Shown here: positions 9,804-18,411 of the stretch, in pieces | Position numbering within the stretch: the first letter of the stretch is position 1 | Layout of the letters: each line of letters begins with the position of its first letter | Made by a program: the position numbers and the translations under genes | The notes under the pieces: model-generated | Databases searched by the model: none | Told to the model about the DNA's origin: nothing | The model's input: only the letters and a program-made list of their open reading frames with translations | Assembly (NCBI GenBank): GCA_964645545.1 | Contig: CAZXZR010000002.1 | Location: 1 to 51,864, forward strand | Length of the DNA stretch: 51,864 nt | From: an uncultured Gammaproteobacteria bacterium | Lineage (GTDB): Bacteria > Patescibacteriota > Patescibacteriia > Patescibacteriales > UBA12465 | Direction of reading: 5' to 3'

Positions 9804-10946
9804 ATGCTGGATCTAGAGCAACAAATTTTTCGGCAGTTGGAAAAAGCCAACAGTGTCCTGATTATTTTTCCGACCGATTGGAACGGCGATGCCGTGGCCG
9901 CCGCCCTGGCTCTGTTTTTATTTCTTAAACAATTGAGCCTTAACGTGGAAATCGTCGGCTTTAAAGACAAAAACAGTAAAAATCCCTTATCTTTCCTGCC
10001 CGCCTTCAGCCAAATTCAAATGGATTTGCATAATTTACGCCGTTTTATCGTGTCTTTAGACATCTCTCAAGCCAAGGTCAATCAAATCAAATACACCATT
10101 GACGGCCAGAAATTGGATTTCATTATTTCGCCCGCCAGCGGCTGGTTCAAGCCCGATGACGTCTCTAGCCGCGCCGGCGAATTTAAATACGACTTAATCG
10201 TTTCCTTGGGCAGCGCCGATTTAGAGTCACTGGGAAAAATCTACGACCAAAACGTGGAATTTTTTTACAAAACGACGATTATTAATATTGACTGCCAATC
10301 GGCCAACGAGGATTACGGCCAGATAAATTTCGTTGACTTAAACGCCGTGGCGGTAACGGAAATCCTTTTCTACCTTTTAAAAAACTATAAACCGGAATGG
10401 CTTAATGAAGACATCGCTACCTGCCTCCTGGCCGGCATCATCGTCGCCACTCGTAATTTTAAAACTCCCAATCTAACCCCGCGCACGCTTCTAACCACTT
10501 CGGATTTAATCAGTCTCGGCGCCCGCCGCGAAGAAATTGTTGACCATCTCTATCGCTCCCGCGACCTGATTATTTTGAAGCTCTGGGGCCGGATCCTAAA
10601 CAATCTCCGTTCCCAGGCTAACGGTCAACTTATCTGGTCTAAATTAAGCGCCCTTGACTTCAAGGAAACCGGGGCCAGCGATGAAGGCTTAAACGACATC
10701 GTCGACGAACTGATCGCCAATATCCCGACGGCGAAATTAATCGTGATTTTCTGTCCCACGGAAAAAAACGAAACCAAAACCATTCTCTATTCCCTGAAAA
10801 ACCTTAACGCCTTGGAATTGCTCAAAGATTACGAACCACGAGGCACTATAAAAACCGCCCAAGCGATTGTTAATAAGGATTTGGAAATGGCCAGTGCGGA
10901 AATTCTCGCCCAACTGGAAAATTCCCTTGCTAAATTGGCTTCATAA
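9804..10946 (+). CDS. DHH/DHHA1-family (NrnA-like) protein with degenerate catalytic motifs
   Basis: Overall NrnA-like layout. However, motif I is FPTDWNGDAVAA, motif III is IDCQ instead of IDHH, motif IV is GIIVATRNF instead of GxxxDTGxF, and there is no GGGH. ATG at 9804 is preferred over TTG at 9750. Confidence 0.72.
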   Translation: MLDLEQQIFRQLEKANSVLIIFPTDWNGDAVAAALALFLFLKQLSLNVEIVGFKDKNSKNPLSFLPAFSQIQMDLHNLRRFIVSLDISQAKVNQIKYTIDGQKLDFIISPASGWFKPDDVSSRAGEFKYDLIVSLGSADLESLGKIYDQNVEFFYKTTIINIDCQSANEDYGQINFVDLNAVAVTEILFYLLKNYKPEWLNEDIATCLLAGIIVATRNFKTPNLTPRTLLTTSDLISLGARREEIVDHLYRSRDLIILKLWGRILNNLRSQANGQLIWSKLSALDFKETGASDEGLNDIVDELIANIPTAKLIVIFCPTEKNETKTILYSLKNLNALELLKDYEPRGTIKTAQAIVNKDLEMASAEILAQLENSLAKLAS

Positions 10947-10976
10947 TGATATAAAATAATTACTGCCGGCCAAAAC

Positions 10977-11050
10977 GGGCATATAGCTCAGTTGGTTAGA
11001 GCACCGCTCTTATAAAGCGGGGGTCGATGGTTCAAGTCCATCTATGCCCA
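10977..11050 (+). tRNA. tRNA-Ile (anticodon UAU)
   Basis: Cloverleaf folded by hand: acceptor GGGCATA/TATGCCC, D arm GCTC-AGTTGGTTA-GAGC, anticodon stem CCGCT/AGCGG with loop CTTATAA, T arm GATGG-TTCAAGT-CCATC, discriminator A. No encoded CCA. Confidence 0.85.
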
Positions 11051-11066
11051 CGGACAATTTAATATC

Positions 11067-11143
11067 GGGCTCGTAGCTCAGCTGGTTAGAGCGTTACGTT
11101 GACATCGTAAAGGTCACAGGTTCGAGTCCTGCCGGGCCCACCA
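11067..11143 (+). tRNA. tRNA-Val (anticodon GAC), CCA encoded
   Basis: Acceptor GGGCTCG/CGGGCCC (one G-U pair), anticodon stem TTACG/CGTAA with loop TTGACAT, T arm ACAGG-TTCGAGT-CCTGC (one A-C mismatch), then ACCA. Confidence 0.85.
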
Positions 11144-11149
11144 ATACAA

Positions 11150-11468
11150 AACTGAACGGCTTTTTTGAAGCCAATTCGTGGGCGGCACGCAGTGCCGCCC
11201 ATTGATTTTGAGCGTAATTTATCCATTTTTCCATCGGTTCGAGCCAATCATTCTGCTTTTGTTCAATCCGTGCCATTTTCTCCTCCAGCGACTTCTTTTC
11301 GGACAGCAAAACCGCTTTTTGTTCTCGGTAGGTTTCTTTTTCAATATCTTGTTCCAGATAGCCTTCAAGAAGTCGCTGAAGTTTGGTCGTAATAATTTTG
11401 ATTTTCTCGCTGGCTTCTTGAACAAAATATGAGAAAAGATGGTAGTGTCTTTCGAGACGCAAAATAAA
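11150..11468 (-). pseudogene. Remnant of a serine-recombinase gene (C-terminal coiled-coil part only, no start codon)
   Basis: The segment KLQRLLEGYLEQDIEKETYREQKAVLLSEKKSLEEKMARIEQKQNDWLEPMEKWINYAQ resembles the C-terminal coiled-coil region of large serine recombinases. This is recollection of the family, not a search result. The listed ORF 11094..11567 also runs antisense through tRNA-Val and through a terminator hairpin, so only the middle part is meaningful. Confidence 0.45.
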
Positions 11469-11499
11469 ATGGGGCATACCAACGATGTTGGCATGCCCC
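11461..11499 (-). terminator. Intrinsic terminator 7 nt after the valS-2 stop (also has a T-run on the plus strand)
   Basis: 13-bp stem with one mismatch, ggggcataccaac-gat-gttggcatgcccc (11471-11499). On the minus strand it is followed by attttatttt. Confidence 0.6.
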
Positions 11500-11505
11500 T
11501 CTTTT

Positions 11506-13677
11506 TTATCCTTCCGGCCACCACTCTGTAGCAAGCAGCGACTTACTCTGAAGCAACTCCCAAACATGCTCCGTTATGAACGGCATAAACGGGTGCAAGA
11601 GTTTGAGTGACTGCTCTAAGCAATAAAGAAGAAGACGTTCGGTGTTTTCGGCCAAAGCTTCATCCTTCAACTGTGCTTTGCTGGCTTCAATGTATTTATC
11701 CGCCAGTTCATGCCACACAAATTGATAGATGTCTTGTGCCGCTTCGTTGAAGCGGAAATTTTCGAGATAACGAGTGATCTCTTTTATAACCGCCCTCAAC
11801 TGCTCCAGAATATGCTGATCTGCAGTAGTCACGGCCATAATCGGCTTATCCTTCAACGCGCGAGTTCGATCATCCTTCGCCAAGGTATTGGATATCACAA
11901 ATCTCGAGATATTCCATATTTTGTTGGCAAAGTGTTTCATCCCCTTCACCCGATCCTCGCTAAAGACCATATCAGTGCCACCCGAGTTTGCGTACACGAG
12001 CGCAAACCGCAACGCGTCCGTACCATATTTACTCATCACGGCAAGCGGGTCAATGATATTGCCTTTACTCTTACTCATCTTTTGTCGTTCGGCATCCCTA
12101 GCAAGGCCATGGAGATACACCGTTCTAAACGGTATTTGTCCTAAAAGGCTGCATGACATAAGAATCATCCGCGCAACCCAGAAGAACAAGATATCGTACC
12201 CTGTTTCCATTACTGTGTTGGGATGATAGAGCTTTAGGTCAGCGGTATCTTCTGGCCAGCCGAGTGTCGAGAACGTCCAGAGACCAGAGGAGAACCACGT
12301 GTCCAGAGTATCAGGATCCTGATGCCATCCCTCACCACGAGGAGCAACCAAACCGCAGTACATTTCTTCGCCACGATACCACACCGGAATTTGATGGCCA
12401 AAAACAATTTGCCGCGAGATGCACCAGTCGCGCAGATTGTCTATCCAGTGGAAGTATGTTTTGGCGAAGTGAACCGGGATAATTTTGATTTGTCCTGACT
12501 TAACCACATGACGCATCAACTGTTTCAAAGTCGTCTGCTCCCCGGCGTCAATGCCTGTGATTTCAGAGTAAGTTAATTGAAACGGTTTGTTCACCGCGAT
12601 AAACCACTGTTCGCGAATTTGGGGTTCAATAATTCCACCTCCGCGACTGTTTGTAGCGATACGGTGAGTGTAATTTACTTCAACTCGATCGAGCAGCCCC
12701 TTCTTTCGTAGTTTCTCGACGATGGCAACCCTAGCTTTACTGATATGCTGTCCACTGAATTCTCCGGCAATCGGCAGTAGACATCCTCGCAAATCAATCA
12801 CTGGCTCAATATCCAAACCGTGTCTTCTTGCGATTTCGTAGTCCGTAGCGTCATGCGCCGGCGTAATAGTCATAACACCGGTTCCAAACTGCATGTCTAT
12901 GGCTTCATCCTTGATGACGGTTGCGGTAACGGGGCCATTGATCCACTCGACTTCGATTTTCTGCCCGTGTTCGTAGGTAGAATATCGGGGATCGTGCGGA
13001 TGCATCACCACGTACTTGTCTCCGAACTTTGTTTCCGGACGGGCGGTAGCGATTATGAACGGGCCGTACTTAAAGTGGTAGAAACTTGTGGTTTCTTCTT
13101 TCCACTCAATCTCGTCGTCAGACACATTCGTCTGAAGCTTTGGGTCCCAATTCACAAGGCGCGAACCTCGATAAATAAGACCCATCTCAAAGAGACGAAC
13201 GAACGCTGTACGTACGGCCAATGTCCGCTTTTCGTCAAGTGTGTAAGCTAGACGGCTCCAATCAACACTCGCTCCAAGCTGCTTGAGCTGATTGAGAATA
13301 GTTGCCTGTGAAGTCGCGGCATACTGCTCCACAAGTCTCAAAAACTCCTCCCGGGAAAAATCTCGACGGGTCTTCTTCTCTTTTTTGTAGAGCTCTGCCT
13401 CAACTTTAGCTTGGGTCGCGATAGCCGCATGGTCCGTTCCAGGAATGTAGAGAGTTCGAAACCCCTGCATCCTACGGAAACGGACAAGAATATCCTGTAT
13501 GGCGACAGTAAGTGCATGACCAAGGTGTAAGACGCCGGTCACGTTCGCCGGCGGGAACACCATCGCAAATGATTCGCCCTTTTGTTGTTGAGGAGTAAAA
13601 ATATTTGCCCTCTCCCATTTTTCATTTATACTACTCTCAATAATGGTGGGGTTGTAGGTTTTTTGTATTTCTTGCAT
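11506..13677 (-). CDS. valS: Second, divergent valine--tRNA ligase paralogue lacking the C-terminal coiled-coil domain
   Basis: 723 aa. PPANVTGVLHLGHA, PGTDHAAIATQ, KMSKSKGN and the anticodon-binding helical domain are present. The Cys motifs of copy 1 are replaced by WDPKLQT and ATNSRGGG. It ends at EWWPEG. GGAGGA lies 8 nt upstream of the ATG. Confidence 0.85.
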   Translation of the reverse strand: MQEIQKTYNPTIIESSINEKWERANIFTPQQQKGESFAMVFPPANVTGVLHLGHALTVAIQDILVRFRRMQGFRTLYIPGTDHAAIATQAKVEAELYKKEKKTRRDFSREEFLRLVEQYAATSQATILNQLKQLGASVDWSRLAYTLDEKRTLAVRTAFVRLFEMGLIYRGSRLVNWDPKLQTNVSDDEIEWKEETTSFYHFKYGPFIIATARPETKFGDKYVVMHPHDPRYSTYEHGQKIEVEWINGPVTATVIKDEAIDMQFGTGVMTITPAHDATDYEIARRHGLDIEPVIDLRGCLLPIAGEFSGQHISKARVAIVEKLRKKGLLDRVEVNYTHRIATNSRGGGIIEPQIREQWFIAVNKPFQLTYSEITGIDAGEQTTLKQLMRHVVKSGQIKIIPVHFAKTYFHWIDNLRDWCISRQIVFGHQIPVWYRGEEMYCGLVAPRGEGWHQDPDTLDTWFSSGLWTFSTLGWPEDTADLKLYHPNTVMETGYDILFFWVARMILMSCSLLGQIPFRTVYLHGLARDAERQKMSKSKGNIIDPLAVMSKYGTDALRFALVYANSGGTDMVFSEDRVKGMKHFANKIWNISRFVISNTLAKDDRTRALKDKPIMAVTTADQHILEQLRAVIKEITRYLENFRFNEAAQDIYQFVWHELADKYIEASKAQLKDEALAENTERLLLYCLEQSLKLLHPFMPFITEHVWELLQSKSLLATEWWPEG

Positions 13678-14157
13678 AACTCATTTCCTCCATTTTACAA
13701 TTTTCAAAGAACAATTTCAAGCCCCGAAACATTCGAAGCTATAAATCGTAATACTATATCAATCAATTTTTTGCAGGCCCCGACCAGCATTTGGCTCACG
13801 GGCAAAAAGTGGAAAGGGGTTGAAGGGGGAAGAAATCTTTTTACCCGCGAGCCAAAGCGAAGCCCGCCGCCATATTCGTTAGAACAGAGCCGAGCAGAAA
13901 ATTTTGCTTTTCCTTAACTGAAAAATTTTTTAGGCACGCACAAATCAAAAAATGTAAAGCAAAATTTTCTGCGCGGTAGTGCCGCTTTGCGGCACGGCGG
14001 CGGGCATTGGATTTTTCAGGAATTTTTGATAAAATAAGTTCGAGTGGAATTGTATAAATACACTGAAAAATCGCCGTTTTCCCAGAAGACGGCCCTTTTT
14101 ATTTACATTTCTTCCAAAAATTGGTAAATTATAGAGAGAAGAAAAAAAATAATTTTT

Positions 14158-14586
14158 ATGCTTTTCCCCCAAAAAACCGCCAAAAGCCGCGGGCGCGGCT
14201 TGGTTAAAGAAAAAAACGAGGCCGCTATAAGCGAATGGCTGGATTACGAGGAACCGGAAACCGAGGGCCAACTGGCTATTGACGTTTACCAAGGCGACAA
14301 AAAAATTATCGTCAAATCCACCATCGCCGGCGTCAAGCCGGAAGATTTAAAAATATCTCTCCACCATGATTTATTGACCATTAAAGGCAAGCGGGAAATT
14401 AAGGAAGAAATCAAAGAAGAAGATTATTTATACCGCGAATGTTATTGGGGCTCGTTTTCCCGCGCCATTATTCTGCCGGCCGAGGTGGATAACAAGCGCG
14501 TGGAAGCGGAGCTGGAAAACGGCGTTTTAACCATCACGCTTTATAAAGTTTCGCCCGGAAAAATCGCCGTCAAGGTTAAAGACTAA
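14158..14586 (+). CDS. Hsp20/alpha-crystallin family small heat-shock protein
   Basis: 142 aa. Alpha-crystallin domain: LAIDVYQGDKKIIVKSTIAGVKPEDLKISLHHDLLTIKGKRE ... GSFSRAIILPAEVDNKRVEAELENGVLTITL. Confidence 0.9.
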   Translation: MLFPQKTAKSRGRGLVKEKNEAAISEWLDYEEPETEGQLAIDVYQGDKKIIVKSTIAGVKPEDLKISLHHDLLTIKGKREIKEEIKEEDYLYRECYWGSFSRAIILPAEVDNKRVEAELENGVLTITLYKVSPGKIAVKVKD

Positions 14587-14607
14587 AATAAAGCGGCCGC
14601 CAACCAT

Positions 14608-16545
14608 ATGACCGTGAAAAAAGGGCTTATTGTTTCCTCCGTCGCGTTGGTGGTTTTTTTATTGCTCATATTTTTGGCTGCCAACTATGTTGATTGGCGG
14701 AAAAACTACGCCGATCGCGTTTACCCAGGTCTTAGGGTGGGCGATTTGGCTTTAGGCGGACAAACGGCAACGGCGGCTAAAGATTTAATCGCCACCCAGG
14801 CACAAAAAATAGAAAACGACGGCCTCACTTTCCGCTATAACGGCCAAACGGCTTTACTGTCGGCGGCCATTTTTTCTTTTGACTCCGATTTGTCTTACCC
14901 GGCCTTAAGTTATGACGCCGCCGCGACCGTAGAAAAGGCTTGGGGCGAAAAAAACGAGCGAACTTTCTGGTACTTTTTGCGGCTTCGACTTCATTTAAAA
15001 AAAGCGCCAAGCGTAAACGCCGTCTATAGTTTAAACACCGATAAAATAAAAAGTTTTTTGGCCGATAATTTTAAAGATTTAAATATTTCGGCCCTTAACG
15101 CCTATTTTTCCTTCGCCCCTTCGGTTGCCGGCGAAGAGGAATTAAAAATCAATCCGGAAAAAATCGGCAAACAAATCGATTATGACGCCGTTTTTAAGGA
15201 ATTAGCCCATAATCTGGCCGCTTTAAAAAATGAAGCTTTATCCCTAAAGACGCGCTCCCAGTACCCGACCGTGATCGCGAATGATTTAAAGGGCCGGGAA
15301 GCGGAAGCGCGAAAACTCATGGACGGCGGCGCTTTAACTTTAAGTTTCACGGAAACGGGCGGCGCGGGCAGTAAAATCACGAGTAAATTATGGGAAATCG
15401 GACCGGAGCAACTGGTTACTTGGCTCAATTTGGACAAAAGCGGAAACCAGGCCAGTTTAAGCCTGGATCAGAAAAAAATAAAAAATTATCTTTTGGAAAA
15501 TGTCGCCACCCTCATTGATCAAGAGCCTGTCCAGGCGCGTTTTGAAATTAAAGACGGCAAGGTAAGCAGCTGGCAAACCGGCAAAAACGGCCGGCGCTTA
15601 AATTTAGAAGGGACCAGTCAAATAATCGCCCAAGCTTTTTTAAACGGACAAAATGAAATCGCTTTAACGGCCGAAGAGGTGCCCAGCGAAAATCTGGCCG
15701 CCGATAATACTTTCAACATCAAGGAAATTATCGGCACTGGCGCGTCCAATTTCGCCGGCTCGCCATCCAATCGCCGCTATAACATCAAGGTTGGCGCCAA
15801 TACCTTAAATGGCCTTTTAATCAAACCGGATGAGGAATTTTCTTTAGTTAAAGCTTTGGGCGATGTTTCCAAAGAAAGCGGCTATTTACCGGAACTAGTC
15901 ATTAAAGGCGACAAAACCGTACCCGAATACGGCGGCGGCTTATGCCAAATCGGAACCACGATTTTTCGCGCCGCTTTGGCTTCGGGTCTCCCCATTACCG
16001 CCCGCCAAAATCATTCTTATCGCGTTTCTTATTACGAACCGGCCGGCATGGACGCGGCCGTCTATATTCCTTGGCCCGACGTCCGCTTTATAAACGACAC
16101 CGGTAATTACATTCTGATTCAGGCGCGCATTGAGGGCGATAATCTCTATTTTGATTTTTGGGGAGTCAAAGACGGCCGTATCGCCACGATGACGACGCCG
16201 GTTATCTATAACATCGTCAAACCAGAACCGACGAAGATTGTCCCGAGCGCTGATTTGGCGCCGGGCGAAAAGAAATGCACGGAAAGTTCGCATAACGGTG
16301 CCGACACCTATTTTGATTACACGGTTATTTATCCGGTCGGCGCCACCACCACGCCCGTACAAACCCGCCGTTTCTCTTCCCATTACGTGCCTTGGCAGGG
16401 GGTTTGTTTAGTCGGCGCTACTTCCACGCCGCTAACCGCCAGCTCCACGGATTTAAACGCGCCCCTAAGCACTAAAGCGACCACAACCGCCGGCAACAAC
16501 CAAAAAGCGGCCGAAACACCGGCCGCCACTTCCAGTCAACCTTAA
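14608..16545 (+). CDS. VanW-domain protein (membrane anchored, low-complexity S/T/A/P tail)
   Basis: 645 aa. N-terminal TM, then the VanW core GGGLCQIGTTIFRAALASGLPITARQNHSYRVSYYEPAGMDAAV. Confidence 0.85.
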   Translation: MTVKKGLIVSSVALVVFLLLIFLAANYVDWRKNYADRVYPGLRVGDLALGGQTATAAKDLIATQAQKIENDGLTFRYNGQTALLSAAIFSFDSDLSYPALSYDAAATVEKAWGEKNERTFWYFLRLRLHLKKAPSVNAVYSLNTDKIKSFLADNFKDLNISALNAYFSFAPSVAGEEELKINPEKIGKQIDYDAVFKELAHNLAALKNEALSLKTRSQYPTVIANDLKGREAEARKLMDGGALTLSFTETGGAGSKITSKLWEIGPEQLVTWLNLDKSGNQASLSLDQKKIKNYLLENVATLIDQEPVQARFEIKDGKVSSWQTGKNGRRLNLEGTSQIIAQAFLNGQNEIALTAEEVPSENLAADNTFNIKEIIGTGASNFAGSPSNRRYNIKVGANTLNGLLIKPDEEFSLVKALGDVSKESGYLPELVIKGDKTVPEYGGGLCQIGTTIFRAALASGLPITARQNHSYRVSYYEPAGMDAAVYIPWPDVRFINDTGNYILIQARIEGDNLYFDFWGVKDGRIATMTTPVIYNIVKPEPTKIVPSADLAPGEKKCTESSHNGADTYFDYTVIYPVGATTTPVQTRRFSSHYVPWQGVCLVGATSTPLTASSTDLNAPLSTKATTTAGNNQKAAETPAATSSQP

Positions 16546-16555
16546 GTTATAATTT

Positions 16556-17311
16556 TTATTTGACAACTTCGCCTTCTATAATTTTACCGGCCGAATTATC
16601 ACGGTCGGTTTTTTTGCGAAAAACCAAAAGCTGCTGCAGAGCGGTTAAAATCGTAATCACCAACCAATATAAAGTTAAGCCGCCCGGCAAAGACAAACCA
16701 ATAAAAACCGTGAGGGCGGGCATAAAATAAAGCATTTGTTTATTCATCATCGCCGCCATATTTTCGTCTTTGGCCTCCGGGATTTTCACGGACGCCTTCT
16801 TGGTCAACATCATTTTCCCTTGCCAAAATTGGGCCAGGCCGGCCAAAATCGCCAGATAAACACTGCGCTTGGCTAAATCTAAAAAACCAAAAGCCATAGT
16901 ATTGAGGATTTCCGGCTTCGGGATGAAAGCATAAACCAAGTGCAAATCATTGCTGACGCCAGCGCGAAAAACTTGATAAACAGCAAAAAGAAAAGGGATT
17001 TGAATTAAAAGAGGCAAACAGGAAGAAAGGGGGTTGATTTTATGGGCCTTATATAAATCCATAGTCGCCCGACTCAAACCAACCTTATCGTCGCCGTAAT
17101 TTTTTTTCAGTTCATTTATTTTCGGCTGCAGTTCCTGCAAAGATTTTTGCGCCCTAATACTCTGCCGACCCAGTGGCCATAAAATCAGCTTAATGATTAT
17201 GGTCAAAAGGATAATGGCTATACCTAAATCATGGAAAGAAACGGTGTTATACAAGAAAATCAATAAATTTAAAATTGGTTGATAAAAAATGACCGTGAAT
17301 AAATGTGCCAT
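16556..17311 (-). CDS. yidC: YidC/Oxa1-family membrane protein insertase (short form)
   Basis: 251 aa and polytopic, with a conserved position after rnpA-yidD. Motifs KINPLSSCLPLLIQIPFLFAVY and GLTLYWLV. Confidence 0.9.
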   Translation of the reverse strand: MAHLFTVIFYQPILNLLIFLYNTVSFHDLGIAIILLTIIIKLILWPLGRQSIRAQKSLQELQPKINELKKNYGDDKVGLSRATMDLYKAHKINPLSSCLPLLIQIPFLFAVYQVFRAGVSNDLHLVYAFIPKPEILNTMAFGFLDLAKRSVYLAILAGLAQFWQGKMMLTKKASVKIPEAKDENMAAMMNKQMLYFMPALTVFIGLSLPGGLTLYWLVITILTALQQLLVFRKKTDRDNSAGKIIEGEVVK

Positions 17312-17356
17312 AAGAATTGTTTTAATTAATAATCGTTTTTAAATTCGCTCTTCGCT

Positions 17357-17614
17357 TCATTTGACCGGATCATAACCACCTTTGCTCCAGGGGTTACAAC
17401 GCAAAATTCGCCAGCTGGCCATAAGGCCGCCTTTAATGACACCGTACTTGGTTATGGCTTCAATGCTGTATTGCGAACACGTGGGCGTAAAACGGCAAAA
17501 ACCGCGCGGATAAAAAACTTTCAAAGGTCCGTGGTCAAAAGACAGGGTTTTTTGATAAAGCCGGATTAAAACCACCAAAAAACGGCGGGGTAAATATTTC
17601 CAATAGCTTAACAT
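17357..17614 (-). CDS. yidD: Membrane protein insertion efficiency factor YidD
   Basis: 85 aa, with [37 protein letters not shown]. Confidence 0.9.
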   Translation of the reverse strand: MLSYWKYLPRRFLVVLIRLYQKTLSFDHGPLKVFYPRGFCRFTPTCSQYSIEAITKYGVIKGGLMASWRILRCNPWSKGGYDPVK

Positions 17615-17634
17615 AAAAATTAACTGACTAGAAA

Positions 17635-17976
17635 CTATTTGTAAAGATTAAGACTAATTAAAGCCTTCCTTATTAACTCTTCTTTGTCCGGGAAACTCTT
17701 TTCTAATAGCGGCGGAAAAACGATAATAAGTAAATCATAATTATCTTTTAATTTAGCTAACTCTCGGCTAATTATAGCTCGCAGCTGCCGTCTTAACTTA
17801 TTTCTTTCCACGGCTTTTCGGCTAACTTTAGCGCTAATCAAAATAGCCACCCGATTTATCTTCTCTTTGTTGGGCGCCACTTTCAGACCTAAATTTCGGC
17901 CATAAAAAGATTGGCCGGTTTTGAAAATCCGGTCAAAATCTTTATTGTTCCTTATTCTATTGGCTTTCTTTAACAT
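17635..17976 (-). CDS. rnpA: Ribonuclease P protein component
   Basis: 113 aa, basic, with the RNR-like motif [13 protein letters not shown]. Position is directly downstream of rpmH. Confidence 0.85.
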   Translation of the reverse strand: MLKKANRIRNNKDFDRIFKTGQSFYGRNLGLKVAPNKEKINRVAILISAKVSRKAVERNKLRRQLRAIISRELAKLKDNYDLLIIVFPPLLEKSFPDKEELIRKALISLNLYK

Positions 17977-17997
17977 GCCCCCTGGTTTATAAAAAGA

Positions 17998-18135
17998 TTA
18001 TTTCGCCAAACGCTGGCGACCCTTAACGCGACGGCGCTTTAAAACGCGGCGGCCGTTTTTAGTGCGCATTCTTTTTCTAAAACCGTGTTTTTTCTTGGCC
18101 CGCCGCTTATTCGGCTGGTAAGTTCTTTTCGGCAT
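17998..18135 (-). CDS. rpmH: 50S ribosomal protein L34 (too short for the ORF track)
   Basis: Hand translation of the minus strand gives [45 protein letters not shown] (45 aa). Confidence 0.9.
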   Translation of the reverse strand: MPKRTYQPNKRRAKKKHGFRKRMRTKNGRRVLKRRRVKGRQRLAK

Positions 18136-18411
18136 AAATTTTATGGATTTTTATTGTCTATAATATAACATTTTTATTTGCTAAGGTCAATGAATTGTAA
18201 AAAACTATAAAATTTAAGGGTTAATTTGAATTTTTAAAAGGTTTAAAAACTTATCCACTACTTATCAACATATTTTTAACAATCAATCGCCTTGTGGAAA
18301 AATTCGTTATCCCATATAATTAAACTAATAGAAAATTCTTCTAAAAAGAAAAGTCTTAGACTCTCTTTTCTCTCATCTCTAAAGCTAAATAATCATAAGT
18401 CCTCATTAATT
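18136..18411. other. Candidate oriC part 1: rpmH-dnaA intergenic region with a DnaA-box cluster
   Basis: AT-rich. Contains TTATCCACT (18251-18259), TTATCAACA (18262-18270), TGTGGAAAA (18293-18301) and TTATCCCAT (18307-18315), compared with the consensus TTATCCACA. Confidence 0.5.

Noticed and set aside
11094-11567. Full 157-aa ORF as a real gene
   Set aside because: Its 3' part is the reverse complement of tRNA-Val. Its 5' part reads through the valS-2 stop region and the terminator hairpin (GHANIVGMP is the hairpin itself). Only the central recombinase-like stretch is kept, and it is called a pseudogene fragment.
13582-14292. ORFs 13582..13917 (+) and 13945..14292 (-) in the valS-2/hsp20 gap
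   Set aside because: There are no SD sequences, the peptides are low-complexity, and the second ORF overlaps the hsp20 start antisense. The region is better explained as non-coding sequence with inverted repeats.
18292-18411. TTG-initiated 40-codon extension of dnaA
   Set aside because: It overlaps the DnaA-box cluster. The canonical DnaA N-terminus (MTNEQVWQAVLGEIE) starts at the ATG at 18412.
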